Source: Candidatus Thalassarchaeaceae archaeon
Lineage (GTDB): Archaea > Thermoplasmatota > Poseidoniia > Poseidoniales > Thalassarchaeaceae
Reading direction: 5' to 3'
DNA length: 53,297 bases
Assembly: GCA_030751995.1 (NCBI GenBank)
Contig: JASMFB010000003.1
Span: 1-53,297, forward strand
The notes below the pieces were generated by a model, which was given only the letters and a program-made list of their open reading frames with translations, was not told where the DNA came from and did not search any database. The position numbers were made by a program, and so were the translations under genes. Below are positions 9,704 through 19,134 of the stretch, piece by piece; within the stretch, counting starts at the first letter, position 1; each line of letters starts with the position of its first letter.

Positions 9704-10852
9704 ATGGCGAGTGCCACAACCCTGGTCCTGACGGTGGCCCTACTCCTCGTCCCAATCCTACTCCTAGTTAGAGATTGGATGCCGGCATGGTCACACAAGA
9801 TCCCCTTTGCAATCATATCATTGGCAATTCTATTGCGAATTCACGCATTCTGGACCATCAATCTGACCGATGCACAGGTGGTTGGGTATCTTCCGGAAGA
9901 TGTATCTGGATTGGCAACAATCTTGCATATCTTCGATGGTCCATCTGGCCTCATGCTCGGGTTGCTTCTCGGATTTTCCGCAGGTATCGCTTTGGCTGTA
10001 CCGAACCCGATTGAGCATCGTTGGGCGACCCTTTGTTGGATCTTGCTATTAGGGTGGGGCATGGATTCAGATGCATTTGCTACCATTGCTTCAACACCCC
10101 TGACCAATCATCCTTCGACATTGAATTGGTATAGTGCCATCTATCCGTTCCTAGGATTGGGATTATCTCTCCTTGTTATTCCCACTCTGGTTAACATAGA
10201 CACCGCTTCCACTCCGCGACTTGTCGCTGCAATTAGCATATGCATCATCTTCCTGGATATTTCATCCAGTCCCGTCGCATGGATGTTAATGGGCCTAATG
10301 GCACATCGACAGTCTTCTTTGAGAATACACACCAGTCGTGGCGCTGCATCACATCGTCGTTGGCTGGGTCTCATGACGACATTTTTCCTTTCGGCAGTGT
10401 TGCTCATCATCGGTTTGTCGTGGTCTTCGATATTCGATGGAATCTGGATTTCAATTTGGCCTTCACGTTGGGCCATCGGTTGGATACTATTGTGTGGGAT
10501 TGGTGGTGCCATGACGCCGACCATGGGTTTTGATGCAAACCCCCGTCCAGAGGCTTGGGGGTTCCATACGGGAATCATACTAGCACCGGCACTCATGCCT
10601 GGAATCGCATTGATTCAACATGCACAACTGCCAATTTTCGTCATCGCAATCGTGATGCCCATTATCGCAACACTTCCCGAATACAGACCTTCAATCGATT
10701 GGAAGCGACGTGGTTTGGAAGCCATTCTTCTCATCTCAATTCTACCATTCGCACTCTTCCTAACGGACACCGTTCCTGTTTCATTGGTCGTTGTAATCGC
10801 ACTTCTTCCTCTGCTCATTAAATTCAAGCATTCGGTGGGTGAAGAGGAGTGA
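9704..10852 (+). CDS. Hypothetical polytopic membrane protein
   Basis: Around ten hydrophobic segments; no recognised motif; ends VGEEE. Confidence 0.75.
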   Translation: MASATTLVLTVALLLVPILLLVRDWMPAWSHKIPFAIISLAILLRIHAFWTINLTDAQVVGYLPEDVSGLATILHIFDGPSGLMLGLLLGFSAGIALAVPNPIEHRWATLCWILLLGWGMDSDAFATIASTPLTNHPSTLNWYSAIYPFLGLGLSLLVIPTLVNIDTASTPRLVAAISICIIFLDISSSPVAWMLMGLMAHRQSSLRIHTSRGAASHRRWLGLMTTFFLSAVLLIIGLSWSSIFDGIWISIWPSRWAIGWILLCGIGGAMTPTMGFDANPRPEAWGFHTGIILAPALMPGIALIQHAQLPIFVIAIVMPIIATLPEYRPSIDWKRRGLEAILLISILPFALFLTDTVPVSLVVVIALLPLLIKFKHSVGEEE

Positions 10853-10950
10853 AGAAACATACATTTCACACATTGGTTCATCCCGAACGGTTATACCTGT
10901 ATCGTCTCCGATGATGGCTCTGTAACCATAGGTTGCAGGATGGGATCCAA

Positions 10951-11313
10951 ATGACAACACAGCGAAAGCCGGCTCGCAGGTATGCATCTGAGAGCGAGGT
11001 AAAGAGAACGAACGCAGTAGAGACTGCAGTGAAACTGACACAATTGACCGACCGTGCTCGTCGTACAGGTGCTGCACAAGGACCACTGGTCCCAGTAGAA
11101 GCTCTCATGACCATTGAGTCCGATGCTTGGGTTTGGCAGACTGTGGATCGCAAAGTCCTCGAAAAACTCAGCCACCGTCTGGTGCTACAGACCGAGGATG
11201 GACGCCGTCGCGAACTCTTCATGACCAACGGAATTGATTCAGCAATGGATGCCGCAAGTCGGATTGTTGAATTCAATAATGGCGTGGTCCTAATCGAGAC
11301 TCTCGACCCCTGA
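10951..11313 (+). CDS. Hypothetical protein
   Basis: Protein-like ORF filling the gap; ATG at 10951; followed by a hairpin. Confidence 0.7.
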   Translation: MTTQRKPARRYASESEVKRTNAVETAVKLTQLTDRARRTGAAQGPLVPVEALMTIESDAWVWQTVDRKVLEKLSHRLVLQTEDGRRRELFMTNGIDSAMDAASRIVEFNNGVVLIETLDP

Positions 11314-11321
11314 AAGGGGTC
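11305..11321. terminator. Hairpin GACCCCT-GAA-AGGGGTC over a stop codon
   Basis: Perfect 7-bp inverted repeat at a gene end; terminator role is inferred. Confidence 0.4.
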
Positions 11322-11348
11322 ATTTCCCAATATTATTGGATTCGGCGT

Positions 11349-11374
11349 CTTGAAATACGAAAGGTGGGTCGGCG
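11349..11374 (+). promoter_or_regulatory. Putative promoter CTTGAAATA-N8-GGGTCGGCG
   Basis: Same two elements and spacing upstream of aEF-1alpha; 32 nt from the first element to the ATG suggests a leaderless transcript. Confidence 0.6.
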
Positions 11375-11380
11375 AACCGC

Positions 11381-11587
11381 ATGGCTGTAAAGAAGTCGAA
11401 GAAGAAGGGCGGCCCCAACATCCAGCAGGCCGCTGGTCTCATTCGCTATTTCGATGAAGAGAGCGAAGATGCTATTCAGATTTCCAAGGGCGCACTCTAT
11501 TTCGCTTGTATCTCGGTGAGTATCGTCATCTACCTGCTCAACCATGGTGTCCTACAGTGGGCATGGACACAATTGACTGGATTTTGA
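11381..11587 (+). CDS. secG: Preprotein translocase subunit Sec61beta
   Basis: AAGLIRYFDEE motif followed by one C-terminal TM helix. Confidence 0.92.
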   Translation: MAVKKSKKKGGPNIQQAAGLIRYFDEESEDAIQISKGALYFACISVSIVIYLLNHGVLQWAWTQLTGF

Positions 11588-12562
11588 TTACTCCTCTTCG
11601 GAGAGATCGACAAACGGAATCTCATCCATTTCGATTGCCCCATGGGTTCGTACAGATTCATCGGGCAACTCTTCTAGTTCCAGTACGGTATCTGAAAGGT
11701 CGATATCGTCGGCTTCGATTGCAGCCATCTCCTCTAATACATCCCCTCCCTCGTGTTGAGCAGAAACTTCGGTTCTCGGATCTGCTTCGATGATGTGCGC
11801 TTCTGCACGTGATAATGCACGTTCAACTCCAGTTGCAGAACGATCATGCAGAGCATCGCTCGCGATATCACACTCCGCAAAGGCAGCGATGATTTCTTCG
11901 CCAGCAAGATCACCACTCCAACCATCTGGAGCCTCTTCGGCAAGCGTTGGCATTTCTTTCTCAAGTGTTTGAGCCTTTGAGCGGATTGCATCGATTGAAT
12001 CAACCAAATCTGAATGTCCTCGTTCGATGAGTGCATCCCATGCATTTTTTTCATCACTGGCTGAGACGCCTGTCGCTTTGGCAAATCGACCCATCCACTT
12101 TGCCTCCCATGGATTACGCCCAACTGCCGCGCACAAATCGAAAGCAAGTCTTGCGCGACGATTGAGTGGACCCGTCATATGAATCGAATTCAGAAAACAA
12201 GAGGAGAAGAGCCCAAATCCCCAATAAGAACGACTCTCAATGGTCACGCTCATCTCAAAATCAGAGACGACGATTTTCCATCGTTGTTGATCAAATCCAG
12301 GTATTTCGATGACCCGCGGAGGTTCGTGGGCTCCAAAACAGCGAAGCAGAGAATCCCCGACATCACCCAGAAACAGACTTCCTTCGGCCCCCGGATAATT
12401 TGCGTGACGAAGTCGACCTTCATCATCGATTTTCATCTCAGGGTCACCGGAACGAACCTGTGCAAACAGTTGACTCTCTAGAGTATCAAGTTCGACTTCG
12501 CTGATGATATCCTCTCCTCTATTGGCCCACTCTTGACCTTGCGAGAAGAAGAACAACTTCAA
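11588..12562 (-). CDS. Hypothetical acidic protein
   Basis: 324-aa ORF with acidic C-terminus ending LSEEE; start uncertain. Confidence 0.75.
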   Translation of the reverse strand: MKLFFFSQGQEWANRGEDIISEVELDTLESQLFAQVRSGDPEMKIDDEGRLRHANYPGAEGSLFLGDVGDSLLRCFGAHEPPRVIEIPGFDQQRWKIVVSDFEMSVTIESRSYWGFGLFSSCFLNSIHMTGPLNRRARLAFDLCAAVGRNPWEAKWMGRFAKATGVSASDEKNAWDALIERGHSDLVDSIDAIRSKAQTLEKEMPTLAEEAPDGWSGDLAGEEIIAAFAECDIASDALHDRSATGVERALSRAEAHIIEADPRTEVSAQHEGGDVLEEMAAIEADDIDLSDTVLELEELPDESVRTHGAIEMDEIPFVDLSEEE

Positions 12563-12598
12563 TACGTCCCACTGTTTGTACGGTTCGGAGCGGGAATC

Positions 12599-13072
12599 AT
12601 GGCGAAGAAGAAGTCCTCGGGCGATGAGAAAGCAATAGAGAATCTACAAGCGGTACCAGGTGTCGGAAAATCAACAGCACAGAAGTTGGTCAATTCGGGC
12701 ATCCGAACGTCCAATCAATTGGCCAAAGCGAGCATGAAGAAACTTCTTGCTGCAGGTCTCTCATCTGGAATGGCTACGAAATTAGCCGCCGCTGCAGTCA
12801 AAAGTGCGGGCAAAAAAGCGGTCTCGAAAGCGAAGGCGGCTCCGAAGAAGGCCGCAACCAAAGCGAAGACGATTGCCATGTCTGCCAAGACTGCTGCTGC
12901 CAAGGGTAAGGCCAAAGCAAAGAAGGCCCTTCCTGCCAAGAAGAAGGCCCCAGCCAAGAAAAAGGCAGCCGTCAAAAAGAAGGATGCCAAGACAGTGGAA
13001 GTTCGAAGCAAGACCATCCCAACTCCGGATTGGAGAGCCCTAACAAAAAAGTGGAAGAAGAGCGATAATTAA
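12599..13072 (+). CDS. Helix-hairpin-helix protein with histone H1-like Lys/Ala/Pro tail
   Basis: HhH motif LQAVPGVGKSTAQKL, then KAAPKKA / PAKKKAPAKKKAA repeats. Confidence 0.85.
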   Translation: MAKKKSSGDEKAIENLQAVPGVGKSTAQKLVNSGIRTSNQLAKASMKKLLAAGLSSGMATKLAAAAVKSAGKKAVSKAKAAPKKAATKAKTIAMSAKTAAAKGKAKAKKALPAKKKAPAKKKAAVKKKDAKTVEVRSKTIPTPDWRALTKKWKKSDN

Positions 13073-14157
13073 TCTTCAGATTCTTCGTCATTATCTTGAG
13101 CTCGACTTGCTGCTTGTGCACGATGGTAAATCTCTCGTAGGCTCTGGTCACTGATTTCAAGATAGACTCGAGTTGTTGAGATATTGGCGTGTCCGAGAAG
13201 CCGCTGAATACTGACAAGATCCATTCCTCGTTCTAGGAGTCCCGTAGCGAAATTGTGTCGCAGTGTATGGGGGCTCAATTTGGAACGTGGAATATCGGCC
13301 GCATCGGCCAATGAATCCATCAACTTCTGTACAGCCCGTGGAGTTAATCGTCTACCTCGTCGGTTCAGAATGAGTGCATCCCGATGTTCGTCTGAAGGCA
13401 CATGTCGGGAGACAATAATCTCTCGAATTTGCCCATAGGCTTCAATCGCAGCCACTGTTGCCTCAGTGAACAACACCAAACGATCCTTGTTTCCTTTGCC
13501 TTCACGTACCGTTGCAGAAAGATCTTCAAAATCCATTGAAGAACGATTGAGTGCACAAAGTTCGGAAACGCGAATTCCGGTATCAAGGAAGAGAGTGATG
13601 ACCACATTGGCAAATGGATTCTCGCTCGTAGCCGCTGCTTCCTTCAACCGTTCAATCTCTCGATGTGTCAGAGTTTTGGGCAAACTTCGCCCCTTTTGTG
13701 GACGGGTAACCCATTCAGGAATTCTATGTCCTACCCAATTCAACAGATGACTAACCGAAGCCAGTCTTGCATTGATTGTTGATGCCGCCAAATGAGAGAT
13801 CGATTGAACCCAAATGTCGAGGCGCCCATTGTTTGGGTCTACCCAACGTGCGAGTTCTTTGATTGGAATTCCCTGCAAAGCATCCCATGAAGGGGGCAAT
13901 TCACCAGGCAACACCGTCAACAGGAATTGTTTGGTTGCTGTTCGATAGGAACGAAGAGTGTGTGGACTTTTCTTTTCACTAATCATTTGCATTTCATAAC
14001 AGCCGTGCCAAGGCATTTCAGCCAACCTTACGAGTCTACTTGGGAGACTATAGGGCACGCCTAACGCTTCTTCTGAAAAAGGAGTCGCGAATTGACCATT
14101 TCTTGCTGGATCTGACCAGCCATTTTCTGTTGTTTCTCGTTGATTTTCATCCTGCAT
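13069..14157 (-). CDS. xerA: XerA-like tyrosine recombinase
   Basis: Complete catalytic set: TGIRVSEL (R), GKGNKDR (K), HTLRH (HxxR), LLGH, TRVY (Y); housekeeping context. Confidence 0.85.
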   Translation of the reverse strand: MQDENQRETTENGWSDPARNGQFATPFSEEALGVPYSLPSRLVRLAEMPWHGCYEMQMISEKKSPHTLRSYRTATKQFLLTVLPGELPPSWDALQGIPIKELARWVDPNNGRLDIWVQSISHLAASTINARLASVSHLLNWVGHRIPEWVTRPQKGRSLPKTLTHREIERLKEAAATSENPFANVVITLFLDTGIRVSELCALNRSSMDFEDLSATVREGKGNKDRLVLFTEATVAAIEAYGQIREIIVSRHVPSDEHRDALILNRRGRRLTPRAVQKLMDSLADAADIPRSKLSPHTLRHNFATGLLERGMDLVSIQRLLGHANISTTRVYLEISDQSLREIYHRAQAASRAQDNDEESED

Positions 14158-14300
14158 GCTTCTACCGTCCTAGGGCCGAACGGCCCCTGCAATCCCATCC
14201 CCGAAGGGATTCGGCAGTCAGGGGGTGAGGGTATCAATGCTACGCAGACCCATTCGGATTATCCGCCCTTATGGCGCGTGATTCAATCTTGCCGAGCACT

Positions 14301-15575
14301 TCAGCGGCGTCGATATCGCCAATGGAATTCCGGTGTCTGGGCTGCCCAAGCAGCTTCATTCTCAGCGAAATCTTCGATTTCCCATGGCTGTTGTTTCTCG
14401 GGTGCAGTGAATCGAGCGTCAATCGTTTGCTGAATCAGTGGACGAATTCGCTGGTACAAGGTTTCAATCTCTCCGTAGAAAATGAGTTCATCCGCTTCAC
14501 GTAGTACAAGATCTTCAGAAGGATTCCAGATGTGGGCTCCAGCTCTTCCAATCGCAGCTATGGTCCCATCATCATCAAATGTCATCAAATCACCTAATCG
14601 ACGTCCCACAAGTTCAGGATAGCGTCTAACTTTCAGCGATAGTGTACCATGCCCCTCTTTGTTTGAAAGCAATTGGTTCAGATCGACGGGCGTAAAGGCG
14701 TGTGCTTCGGCTACGTGAGCCATAATGTGGCCTGCGACATTTATGCCACTCGCTTTCTCGATTCCCTCCAAACCCGGGCTTGAGTTCACTTCGAGAAGCA
14801 ATGGCCCCCGGGCGGATTCCAGCAGATCTACACCGGCGATATCCAATCCGAGAAGACGGGCTGCCTTGCATGCGATACGTGCGTAATCATCGGGCAAGTC
14901 AATACTCTCAACACTGCCACCTAGGTGGAAATTAGAACGGAATTCACGACCATGTGCACGCCGACGCATGGCCGCAACGACCTTTCCGCCGACCACTAGA
15001 ACTCTAACGTCACGACCATGGCTTTCTCGAATGTATTCCTGCACCAGAACACCTTCTGGGTTATCTGCCAATACTTTCCAAGCGATTTCACTTGCTTCAC
15101 GCTCTGTGTGGGCCAGGTATACACCACCGCCTTGCGTACCCTCAAGTTGTTTGATGATACAGGGAACCCCTCCAACTTGACGAATAGCTCGATCTACATC
15201 CCGCCAGTCACGAACGAGTACTGCAGTTGGAACTGGAATGTGATTTGAGGAGAGAATTTGGGCAGCGTGCAACTTATCACGACTGTTCTTAATTCCATCA
15301 CTGGTGTTCGCGACATATGTTCCCATGAGTTCAAATTGGCGAACAATCGCTACACCGTGATCGGTAATTGAATATCCGATTCTTGGAATGACTGCATCTA
15401 CTTCGACATTCCAACCCTCATGCAGAATGCGTCGCCCGTCATTTCCAACAGAGACAGATAACTTGGTTGGGTCCAATACATCGACAGAGCAGCCGAGGGC
15501 ATTTGCTTCCTCTACAAGACGTCGTGTAGAGTACAGCCGGGGGCCGCGAGACAGGATGGCAACGCGCAGTGTCAT
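14301..15575 (-). CDS. rimK: RimK-family ATP-grasp alpha-L-glutamate ligase with C-terminal TrkA-C/RCK_C-like domain
   Basis: YSTRRL, VIPRIG, SRDKL, GTQGGGV, VQEYI, FRSNFHLGG, GVDLL, EVNSSPGLEGIE; C-terminal LVGRRLGDL...IAAIGR...P..DLVLREADELIFYG fits RCK_C. Confidence 0.88.
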   Translation of the reverse strand: MTLRVAILSRGPRLYSTRRLVEEANALGCSVDVLDPTKLSVSVGNDGRRILHEGWNVEVDAVIPRIGYSITDHGVAIVRQFELMGTYVANTSDGIKNSRDKLHAAQILSSNHIPVPTAVLVRDWRDVDRAIRQVGGVPCIIKQLEGTQGGGVYLAHTEREASEIAWKVLADNPEGVLVQEYIRESHGRDVRVLVVGGKVVAAMRRRAHGREFRSNFHLGGSVESIDLPDDYARIACKAARLLGLDIAGVDLLESARGPLLLEVNSSPGLEGIEKASGINVAGHIMAHVAEAHAFTPVDLNQLLSNKEGHGTLSLKVRRYPELVGRRLGDLMTFDDDGTIAAIGRAGAHIWNPSEDLVLREADELIFYGEIETLYQRIRPLIQQTIDARFTAPEKQQPWEIEDFAENEAAWAAQTPEFHWRYRRR

Positions 15576-15707
15576 CGGACCCCGGCGGAACGGCTTCCGT
15601 TTTGAGTCCTACGTAAGAAAACCGCGTGACCGCGCGCCCGCTCGCATGCCCGCTCGCGCGCGTGTGAGAAGCGAGGCTTTGAAATGGCGTCAGGTAGTCG
15701 ACGATTC

Positions 15708-16910
15708 ATGCAGCCGGTCGCCGGACCCTCTGGTTCACCCGTCTCCGGACCCTCTGGGGCCCCTAGAGTAGCGGGGCCAAGCGGAGCTCCAGCGGGGCCA
15801 AGCGGTCCTCCAAAAGACGTCAATCCAGCACAATTTGACCCTCTTGCAGAGATTGAAGACGCCCGTGCTCGAAGACAAGATCGTGAAGAGCGCCTTGAGA
15901 CACTGGAGAAAAAGCGTAACAGTGCTCGTACCAACGTCTACCTCTTCCTAGCTATCACCGTTATTTTAGGAATATTCTCATTCTTCCCCGGGCCGATCCA
16001 TGGCGATGTCTCAGACAATCCACAGGCCCAAATGAGCCCGAACGAAGCCGAGGCTTGGGTTCGTGACGGTGGAGATAATGAATACCGTGACAAAATTTGG
16101 GATGGCTCAACCAATGCTAGTTCGGCACACATGAACATCTACATCCCTCCTCCGTTGCCTGATATGGGTTCAACCACTGCCGTCCGTGTCGATGTCACTT
16201 TCTTTTCATATCGCAATTCGGGCTCAACAGACTTCAAGGCCGGAATGTTCGATGGAGAATGTGGCGTTCTCCCAGCACACGAGTCTTTGCATGCGGATTC
16301 TTGGCACCTCAGTGAGGAAGACCTCGGTCCGGGTGAGAGCGTGGAATTCACTTTGTATACACAGCCAGGGAAGAAATGTATCCTAGTTGAATGGGTCGAG
16401 CCCGTAGCGAACCCTGGAACTCTCGCCACGATGGATGTGGAGGTTGCAATATATTGGCCGCGCATGTTCACGGTTCCAGTGGGCCTCATCACCTTCGTAA
16501 TGGCTGGTTTTGCCTTCATCGGAGCACAGAAAACGGGCAAGGTGTACAAGGGACTCAAGTACCCCGAAGGTCGCCCTGAAAAGAAAGTAGAAGAAGAGGT
16601 TCTAGAAGCCGCTGAAGCAGAACAGCGTGGAGATCAATTGGGCGTCCCTGAGGTTGAGACACCCGAAGATGCTGATGCTGTTGTTGTTGAGGGCCCATCC
16701 CTGGCTGAGGCTGCGGCAAGCCCTGAACAGGATGATTCAGCCCCTGTTTCTGAAGAACCGACGACAGAAGATTCGCCATTAGAAGCGGAACCATCGGCCG
16801 CAGAAGAAGAACCAGAAAAGGCCGAAAATACCGCGGCAGCATGGACCGATGAACAGTTGCTTGGTGCTGGGTGGTCGCAAGAACAGATTGATGCCATGCG
16901 AAATGGCTGA
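15708..16910 (+). CDS. Hypothetical two-TM membrane protein with GPSG repeats and acidic tail
   Basis: Two hydrophobic segments. Start moved to ATG 15708 because a TTTGAAATG-N8-TAGTCGACG promoter-like element overlaps ATG 15684. Confidence 0.8.
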   Translation: MQPVAGPSGSPVSGPSGAPRVAGPSGAPAGPSGPPKDVNPAQFDPLAEIEDARARRQDREERLETLEKKRNSARTNVYLFLAITVILGIFSFFPGPIHGDVSDNPQAQMSPNEAEAWVRDGGDNEYRDKIWDGSTNASSAHMNIYIPPPLPDMGSTTAVRVDVTFFSYRNSGSTDFKAGMFDGECGVLPAHESLHADSWHLSEEDLGPGESVEFTLYTQPGKKCILVEWVEPVANPGTLATMDVEVAIYWPRMFTVPVGLITFVMAGFAFIGAQKTGKVYKGLKYPEGRPEKKVEEEVLEAAEAEQRGDQLGVPEVETPEDADAVVVEGPSLAEAAASPEQDDSAPVSEEPTTEDSPLEAEPSAAEEEPEKAENTAAAWTDEQLLGAGWSQEQIDAMRNG

Positions 16911-16996
16911 AACCTTCTCAGAACGCAGTATTGGTTCACACGTTGAGCGAAGAGGTTGAAAGCGGCAGGCATCGCCATCCTCTCTGAGGATGGCCT

Positions 16997-19051
16997 ATGG
17001 ACGAAGACGAACTCTCCGCCATGACCGTTGTCAAACTGAAGGAACGACTCAAAGAACTGGGATTGCCAACCAGTGGGAAAAAGGCAAACCTCATTGCTCG
17101 ACTATTGGAATCAGATGCAGAAGAAGAAGCCGTCCTCATCCTAGATGATGATGAAGACGATTTCACACACACCTCAAAATTTGACTCTGACGAAATTATA
17201 GAAGCGGAAGTTTTTGAGGCTGAAATCCTCGAAGAGGAGGATGAATGGGATGCTGTGGAAACTCTTCCAAGTTCAATCAAAATGAGTCCTGCTCCATTGG
17301 CATCTCGTCCAGTATGGTACAAGGATGGAACGACAATAGCTACTCTTCTCGTAATCCTATTGCTGGCTGGAGCCGGGGGTTGGTGGTACTTCAATGAAGA
17401 TGCAGTCGCTTTCCAAACCGCCCAATCTCGCTATGGTGATAATCTTCAATTCACAGTTACCAATGGCTTGCTCTTGGCAGAAGGCGAAGACATGGTTGGA
17501 TACATTAGAGATGCTGCAGGAGGTGGCTTGGATCAAGTCTGTGGAAAACTTCAAATCGATTTTAGTGGAACTGGATCAGCCTCAATCACTGATGGTTCAC
17601 TAACCGATCTCAAAGATCCAGGTGACACATATCTAGAGGGTGCAGTCATGACCAATGGTGCCTATGGGCGAACATGGAATGCTGTCGAGTCGAATTTGGT
17701 CTATGACCTCAACGCCGATCTGGAGGGATACACATGGTCTGCTATCAATCAGGATTCTTGTAGCACAAATACGGTTTGGACAAAGAGAAACAATCAGTTA
17801 GACATCGAGATGACTCAATGGAATGAAATTACAGAACGAAAATTACTCCGTTCCGACACCACAGTTGGATTCGTCGATTCAGATGGCCAACTATCTAGTG
17901 CCACCACCACTACCTTTGGTGGCATTGTCGGTTCCGACACCGTTTCCAATTTGATTGAGGATGCTCTGTTGCCACTACATCCAGTAAATCTGTACGATAT
18001 CTTCCAATTGACAATCCTCACTGAAGGCCTCACAGGCGAATATGGGGATTGGGCATGGGAAGTTGGTTCCACTAGTACAATTGGCGGCCAGGATGCAATT
18101 CAAATTTTCATGCACCACATCGATATCGGTAAATGTCTCGGTCGAGCCGAGATGGCCTTGTGGGCAATTCCAGGGCAACCCTTGCCTGCTAGACAGGTCG
18201 TTGAGATGTCCATCGACAAATCGGGGACACACCCCGCCTGTTCTTTCGCAATGTCTGAGGCAATCGAACTTGCCTTTCCAGAGGGGACCTTCACAGCTCG
18301 ATACACGATTGAGCAAACCTCATTCAAGCAAGGAAGCGAGGATGTGAGATGGCAGCAAGGCTACGCAACCCGTCCACTTGCTGGTCAAGACGTTCCCTCG
18401 GATTGTCGGCAGAGCATACCCCACGATGATTGTGTGCCATGGGCCACCCATATGTGGGACAATTCCTCAACGCGACCATTCACTCTAGAGCAAGCGGTGA
18501 CTTGTGTGGCCACCGATAGTGATGCCTTTGGAGCAGCCCACACCGCCCTCAATAGCGATGGGTACGTCTTTTCTGCGTTGGACGATCGTACAGGAAATTC
18601 TCCGGTGTGGAATCTTTCATGGGTCAGTTCCGTTGAAGCCGGTTGGGTCCGAGTAACATGGCCAGGTGGCGAGAATTGCTTGAATTCAGGGGATGGCCCA
18701 ATCAGTGGCGATGACAAACCCGAACATGCACGAGATCGAATTCCAACCACTCATAGAATCGCCGCACTAGAGAGCCGCATGATTTCATCCACATTGTATC
18801 CTGATCTGTATCCTCAAGTTACGACATCCGGGGTTCTTCGCGATGATGTACAGATTGGATACGCATTGGTTGTTCCAGAGGATAACGCTGTTTCAGAATG
18901 GTTGGATGAAATCGACTTCTTCGAGGGCCAAGTCACAGTTTATCTTGAACGCACTTGGACCTCAGGAGATACAGATCATAGCCTTCGAGTTGGAATGGAT
19001 GGAAAGACTGGGCGTATGGTGGGGTGGGCTCAAACTTCGACACCGTCCTAA
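16997..19051 (+). CDS. SAP-domain membrane-anchored protein with large extracellular domain
   Basis: N-terminal SAP motif LSAMTVVKLKERLKELGLPTSGKKANLIARL, acidic linker, TM IATLLVILLLAGAGGWWYF, about 550-aa Cys-containing C-terminal region. Confidence 0.88.
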   Translation: MDEDELSAMTVVKLKERLKELGLPTSGKKANLIARLLESDAEEEAVLILDDDEDDFTHTSKFDSDEIIEAEVFEAEILEEEDEWDAVETLPSSIKMSPAPLASRPVWYKDGTTIATLLVILLLAGAGGWWYFNEDAVAFQTAQSRYGDNLQFTVTNGLLLAEGEDMVGYIRDAAGGGLDQVCGKLQIDFSGTGSASITDGSLTDLKDPGDTYLEGAVMTNGAYGRTWNAVESNLVYDLNADLEGYTWSAINQDSCSTNTVWTKRNNQLDIEMTQWNEITERKLLRSDTTVGFVDSDGQLSSATTTTFGGIVGSDTVSNLIEDALLPLHPVNLYDIFQLTILTEGLTGEYGDWAWEVGSTSTIGGQDAIQIFMHHIDIGKCLGRAEMALWAIPGQPLPARQVVEMSIDKSGTHPACSFAMSEAIELAFPEGTFTARYTIEQTSFKQGSEDVRWQQGYATRPLAGQDVPSDCRQSIPHDDCVPWATHMWDNSSTRPFTLEQAVTCVATDSDAFGAAHTALNSDGYVFSALDDRTGNSPVWNLSWVSSVEAGWVRVTWPGGENCLNSGDGPISGDDKPEHARDRIPTTHRIAALESRMISSTLYPDLYPQVTTSGVLRDDVQIGYALVVPEDNAVSEWLDEIDFFEGQVTVYLERTWTSGDTDHSLRVGMDGKTGRMVGWAQTSTPS

Positions 19052-19134
19052 TGTTTGAAAAAACCCCATTTCAGGCTTAATTTGTCCCGTCACCCTCAAG
19101 AGCGCAGCAAGAGCGGAAGCAATTGGGATGCATC

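Noticed and set aside
14252-14279. Possible dif site near xerA (ATTCGGATTAT-CCGCCC-TTATGGCGCGT)
   Set aside because: The arms are not inverted repeats and the left arm lacks the expected ATAA end.
15630-15666. GCCCGCTCGC direct repeat and CG-alternating run in the rimK divergent promoter
   Set aside because: Short, low-complexity, with no supporting second occurrence.
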